64,000 nucleotides of DNA from Candidatus Marinacidobacterales bacterium (GTDB taxonomy: Bacteria > Acidobacteriota > Vicinamibacteria > Marinacidobacterales > SMYC01). Within the stretch, counting starts at the first letter, position 1; the number at the start of each line of letters is the position of its first letter. Made by a program: the position numbers and the translations under genes. Below, in pieces: positions 61,501 through 64,000 of the stretch. Location: assembly GCA_965237955.1 (NCBI GenBank), contig OZ250169.1, forward strand, positions 4,896,001-4,960,000, in the 5' to 3' direction. Under the pieces are notes generated by a model. It made no database searches. It worked only from the letters and a program-made list of their open reading frames with translations, and had not been told where the DNA came from.

Positions 61501-63188
61501 GTTCCTGTCCAGAAACACCATAACTTGTGGTGTGCGACAGGCCTACCGAAGATGTGGGTATTATACGGTTTCGGTAGGGAACTTCGTAGGGTTGAGAGCG
61601 AATGAAAATCTTGGACGAAACGAGAGGCGAATCGTCAGGAATCCAAGGCTATGGGAGCGGAAGAGTAATAGTTATTATCTTAATAGATGTCTCGCCATCA
61701 CCAGTAGATTGCAGGTGATGATGGAACCCCATACGTACGATTTAAAAGAAGGCAATGAGCGCCATGTGCATCGGTCGAGACCAAAGACTCGTTTCAAGAA
61801 CGAAATGACGCCTTCGATCCCGCAGCGAAATCGCCGCAGGCGTTGATAGACCCAGGAACTCTTGACCATATCGGTCACGGCGAAACCTTGAGCCTTGGTA
61901 AAGGCAACATCTTCAACTCCCTTGCCTTTGATGGCTTCCAAGTTTGCCTTTGAAGAAAACGCGCCATCGTAGGCGACCTGGCGCGGGGCCCGCTCGTAGA
62001 GTTCGACTAGACGGTCGATCATGGTTTCCGCGAGAGTTGAATCGGCCGGATTCCCATCCAAGATCACGCAATCCAAAATCATCGAGGACGAACCACCAGT
62101 CAGACACACCTTGTGACCGTAGAGGGTCTCGCGCCGGTCTTTGCGAATAATGTCGGTGTGTTCTTCGAAGACAGAAACGACCTTTTCCTCTGCAGGCACA
62201 CGCTCTTCGTCGATCACTCGGCGTTGGGTTTGGTTGATGACTTTCTTGGTGAGGACGAGAAAGTGCGCAAAATCCGCGGCGATCCTCTCCGTACTCGCTC
62301 GCTTCACAGGCTCGGTCAAGCCCGACTCTTCCAACTGTTCTGCAACGCGTTGAGCGGAGCGATAGGTTTCTTCCGTCACCTTCAGTAGATCTCGATAGAC
62401 GCGACGCCTTTGTTGCTTATCCTTCGCGTTCAGAACTCCCAGTCGACGTCTCTTCGCTCGACGCGTTCGATTGCCGAAGACCACTACTGTACCCAGCAGT
62501 TCGCGAGCTCCGCACATCAGGCGAGTGAGAACCCGAACACAGTCATAAAGAAGCTCGGAGTCTGTAGGCGGATGAATGTTTGATTCCACTACCGTGCAGT
62601 CCACTCGTACTTTTCTTCCCTTTTCGATCCCAGCATCCTCGGCAACGCTCACCAGCTCTCGGTTGATCTGCTCCAGCGTTTCGAACTTCACGGCTTTGAT
62701 GTTTGCTGCTAGGGTCGACTTCGACGGGGTCGGCTCTATGATGCCGAGCTGGCAAAACGTCCGATAGCTTCGAGAGTCTGCCAAGTGAAACGCCAGCTCT
62801 CGATAGCTGAACTGATTCAGCTGCTTGACCAACAACGCCCGGAGAACCTGCTCCGCGCTCATTCCCCCACGACCAACATCGCTCCCTGCCGATGGGGTGA
62901 CCGACTTCAGGTCTTGCAGTACCAGCTCATTGAGCTTAGGATGGGCATCGAGCAGCGACGAGATCGTTTCGAGTTCGCGTGCGTGCTCCAGCTCCAGCCA
63001 GGGCTCACGTAGATTTGGCTGTGGGTTGATCGTTTTTCGCATTTAGGGCTGGTCTCCTTTGGAGTTAAGTCATTTAGAATCGGATGTTTTCAACGACACG
63101 GTCCTAATCGACACCCCCTCAGAAGACTAGCCCTAAATTTGCGATTTCTCCTTTTTTCTCAATCCCTTACAGGCTTCAGGACGGGTAC
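61501..63188 (-). mobile_element. IS element (ISNCY/IS5-like DDE)
   Basis: IRs GTTCCTGTCCAGAA / rc GTACCCGTCCTGAA; 6-bp TSD TAGCTA at 61495-61500 and 63189-63194. Confidence 0.85.
61675..63042 (-). CDS. DDE transposase (ISNCY-type)
   Basis: RVDCTVVESNIH.PTDS.LL, YGHK, AYDGAF, RCGIEG.IS.LKR. Confidence 0.88.
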   Translation of the reverse strand: MRKTINPQPNLREPWLELEHARELETISSLLDAHPKLNELVLQDLKSVTPSAGSDVGRGGMSAEQVLRALLVKQLNQFSYRELAFHLADSRSYRTFCQLGIIEPTPSKSTLAANIKAVKFETLEQINRELVSVAEDAGIEKGRKVRVDCTVVESNIHPPTDSELLYDCVRVLTRLMCGARELLGTVVVFGNRTRRAKRRRLGVLNAKDKQQRRRVYRDLLKVTEETYRSAQRVAEQLEESGLTEPVKRASTERIAADFAHFLVLTKKVINQTQRRVIDEERVPAEEKVVSVFEEHTDIIRKDRRETLYGHKVCLTGGSSSMILDCVILDGNPADSTLAETMIDRLVELYERAPRQVAYDGAFSSKANLEAIKGKGVEDVAFTKAQGFAVTDMVKSSWVYQRLRRFRCGIEGVISFLKRVFGLDRCTWRSLPSFKSYVWGSIITCNLLVMARHLLR

Positions 63189-63191
63189 TAG

Positions 63192-63602
63192 CTAGCGCTG
63201 CGCTAACGCGCGCTTGACTATCTCGTCGATCAGGAACAGATCCGTCAGGAGGGCTCTGAGGTGAATCGAGGCGTTCATATTGTCGATCAGCTGCGAGCTC
63301 ATCGAAGCTTGCGCCAGCACGAGTTGCAGCCCCGCACTCGCTGCCCGCGCGTCCTGCTCGATGACGTTGATGAACGCGTGGTAGCGGTCCGCCGGCTCGA
63401 GGCCTTCGGAGGTCACCAGCGCTCGAAACTCGTGTGGGAGCTTCGAGACGGCTTCGTCGGCCTTCACGAGAAAATCTCGAAGCTGCCCGGCGCTTTTGTT
63501 GCCCTCGTCGCCATCGAGTCCTTGAGCGGCGTAAGCGAGCATGAACTCGTAGGTCTCTTCGATGATTTCGATAAGGGTCTTGAGGTCTGCTAGCGTCGTC
63601 AT
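63192..63602 (-). CDS. Hypothetical helical protein
   Basis: Clean 136-aa ORF; function unknown. Confidence 0.65.
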   Translation of the reverse strand: MTTLADLKTLIEIIEETYEFMLAYAAQGLDGDEGNKSAGQLRDFLVKADEAVSKLPHEFRALVTSEGLEPADRYHAFINVIEQDARAASAGLQLVLAQASMSSQLIDNMNASIHLRALLTDLFLIDEIVKRALAQR

Positions 63603-63684
63603 GCTCTACGAACTGCCCAGACACATAAACTTGCGCACACAAGAATCCCCTCTCCACTCGGCGGTGGAGAGGGGAGGGATAGGT

Positions 63685-64000
63685 TTACTCCGAGGCCTTT
63701 TCGGTCACGACCCATCGCTCCGGGTCGTGATGTTCGACAAAATCCTTTTTCGTGATCCAACCTACGATCATGGAGATTGTCATCCATCGCTTCTCTGGCA
63801 GCACCGCGAAATAGACGTGGGCCATGAGCATGGCCACGAACCCCACCGCGGAGAGTCCGTGGATGACGTAGACAAGGCCCCAAGTGCTGTCCGCAAAGAG
63901 ATAGGGATTGCGAGCGAAGAGGGGGGTGTCGACACGTACCAGCATGACGAGCCCGGTAAGCATGACGCCGAAGGCGGCGAGGCTGATCATGCCGTGGAAC
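63685..64000 (-). CDS. Cytochrome b/FdnI-like membrane protein (5' partial)
   Basis: TM helices with His ligands (IHG, AHVYFA) and SMIVGWIT. Confidence 0.65.
   Translation of the reverse strand, partial: FHGMISLAAFGVMLTGLVMLVRVDTPLFARNPYLFADSTWGLVYVIHGLSAVGFVAMLMAHVYFAVLPEKRWMTISMIVGWITKKDFVEHHDPERWVVTEKASE

Overview
GC-rich bacterial chromosomal window. Gene content resembles Acidobacteriota, but this is inference and not verifiable here. Housekeeping genes (polB, htpG, ppk1, ettA, ybaK-family, a TetR-OMF-MFP-RND efflux operon, two near-identical M18 aminopeptidases, and a RibD/Zn-dehydrogenase/PTPS-like/methyltransferase cluster) are mixed with about 13 IS elements or derivatives and many pseudogenes. 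Main observations: (1) two tandem IS110 elements share a conserved structured ~230-nt leader (bridge-RNA-like) that contains the CCTATCA sequence found at both insertion sites; (2) the first IS110 holds an IS3 whose frameshift A-tract was hit by two different ISL3 elements; (3) a promoter, Met-codon-rich leader peptide, antiterminator and terminator precede a decayed methionine operon; (4) there is an isolated integron attC site and a 158-bp MITE. No rRNA, tRNA or CRISPR array was seen. All calls come from reading the sequence by eye; some frameshifts may be sequencing errors.
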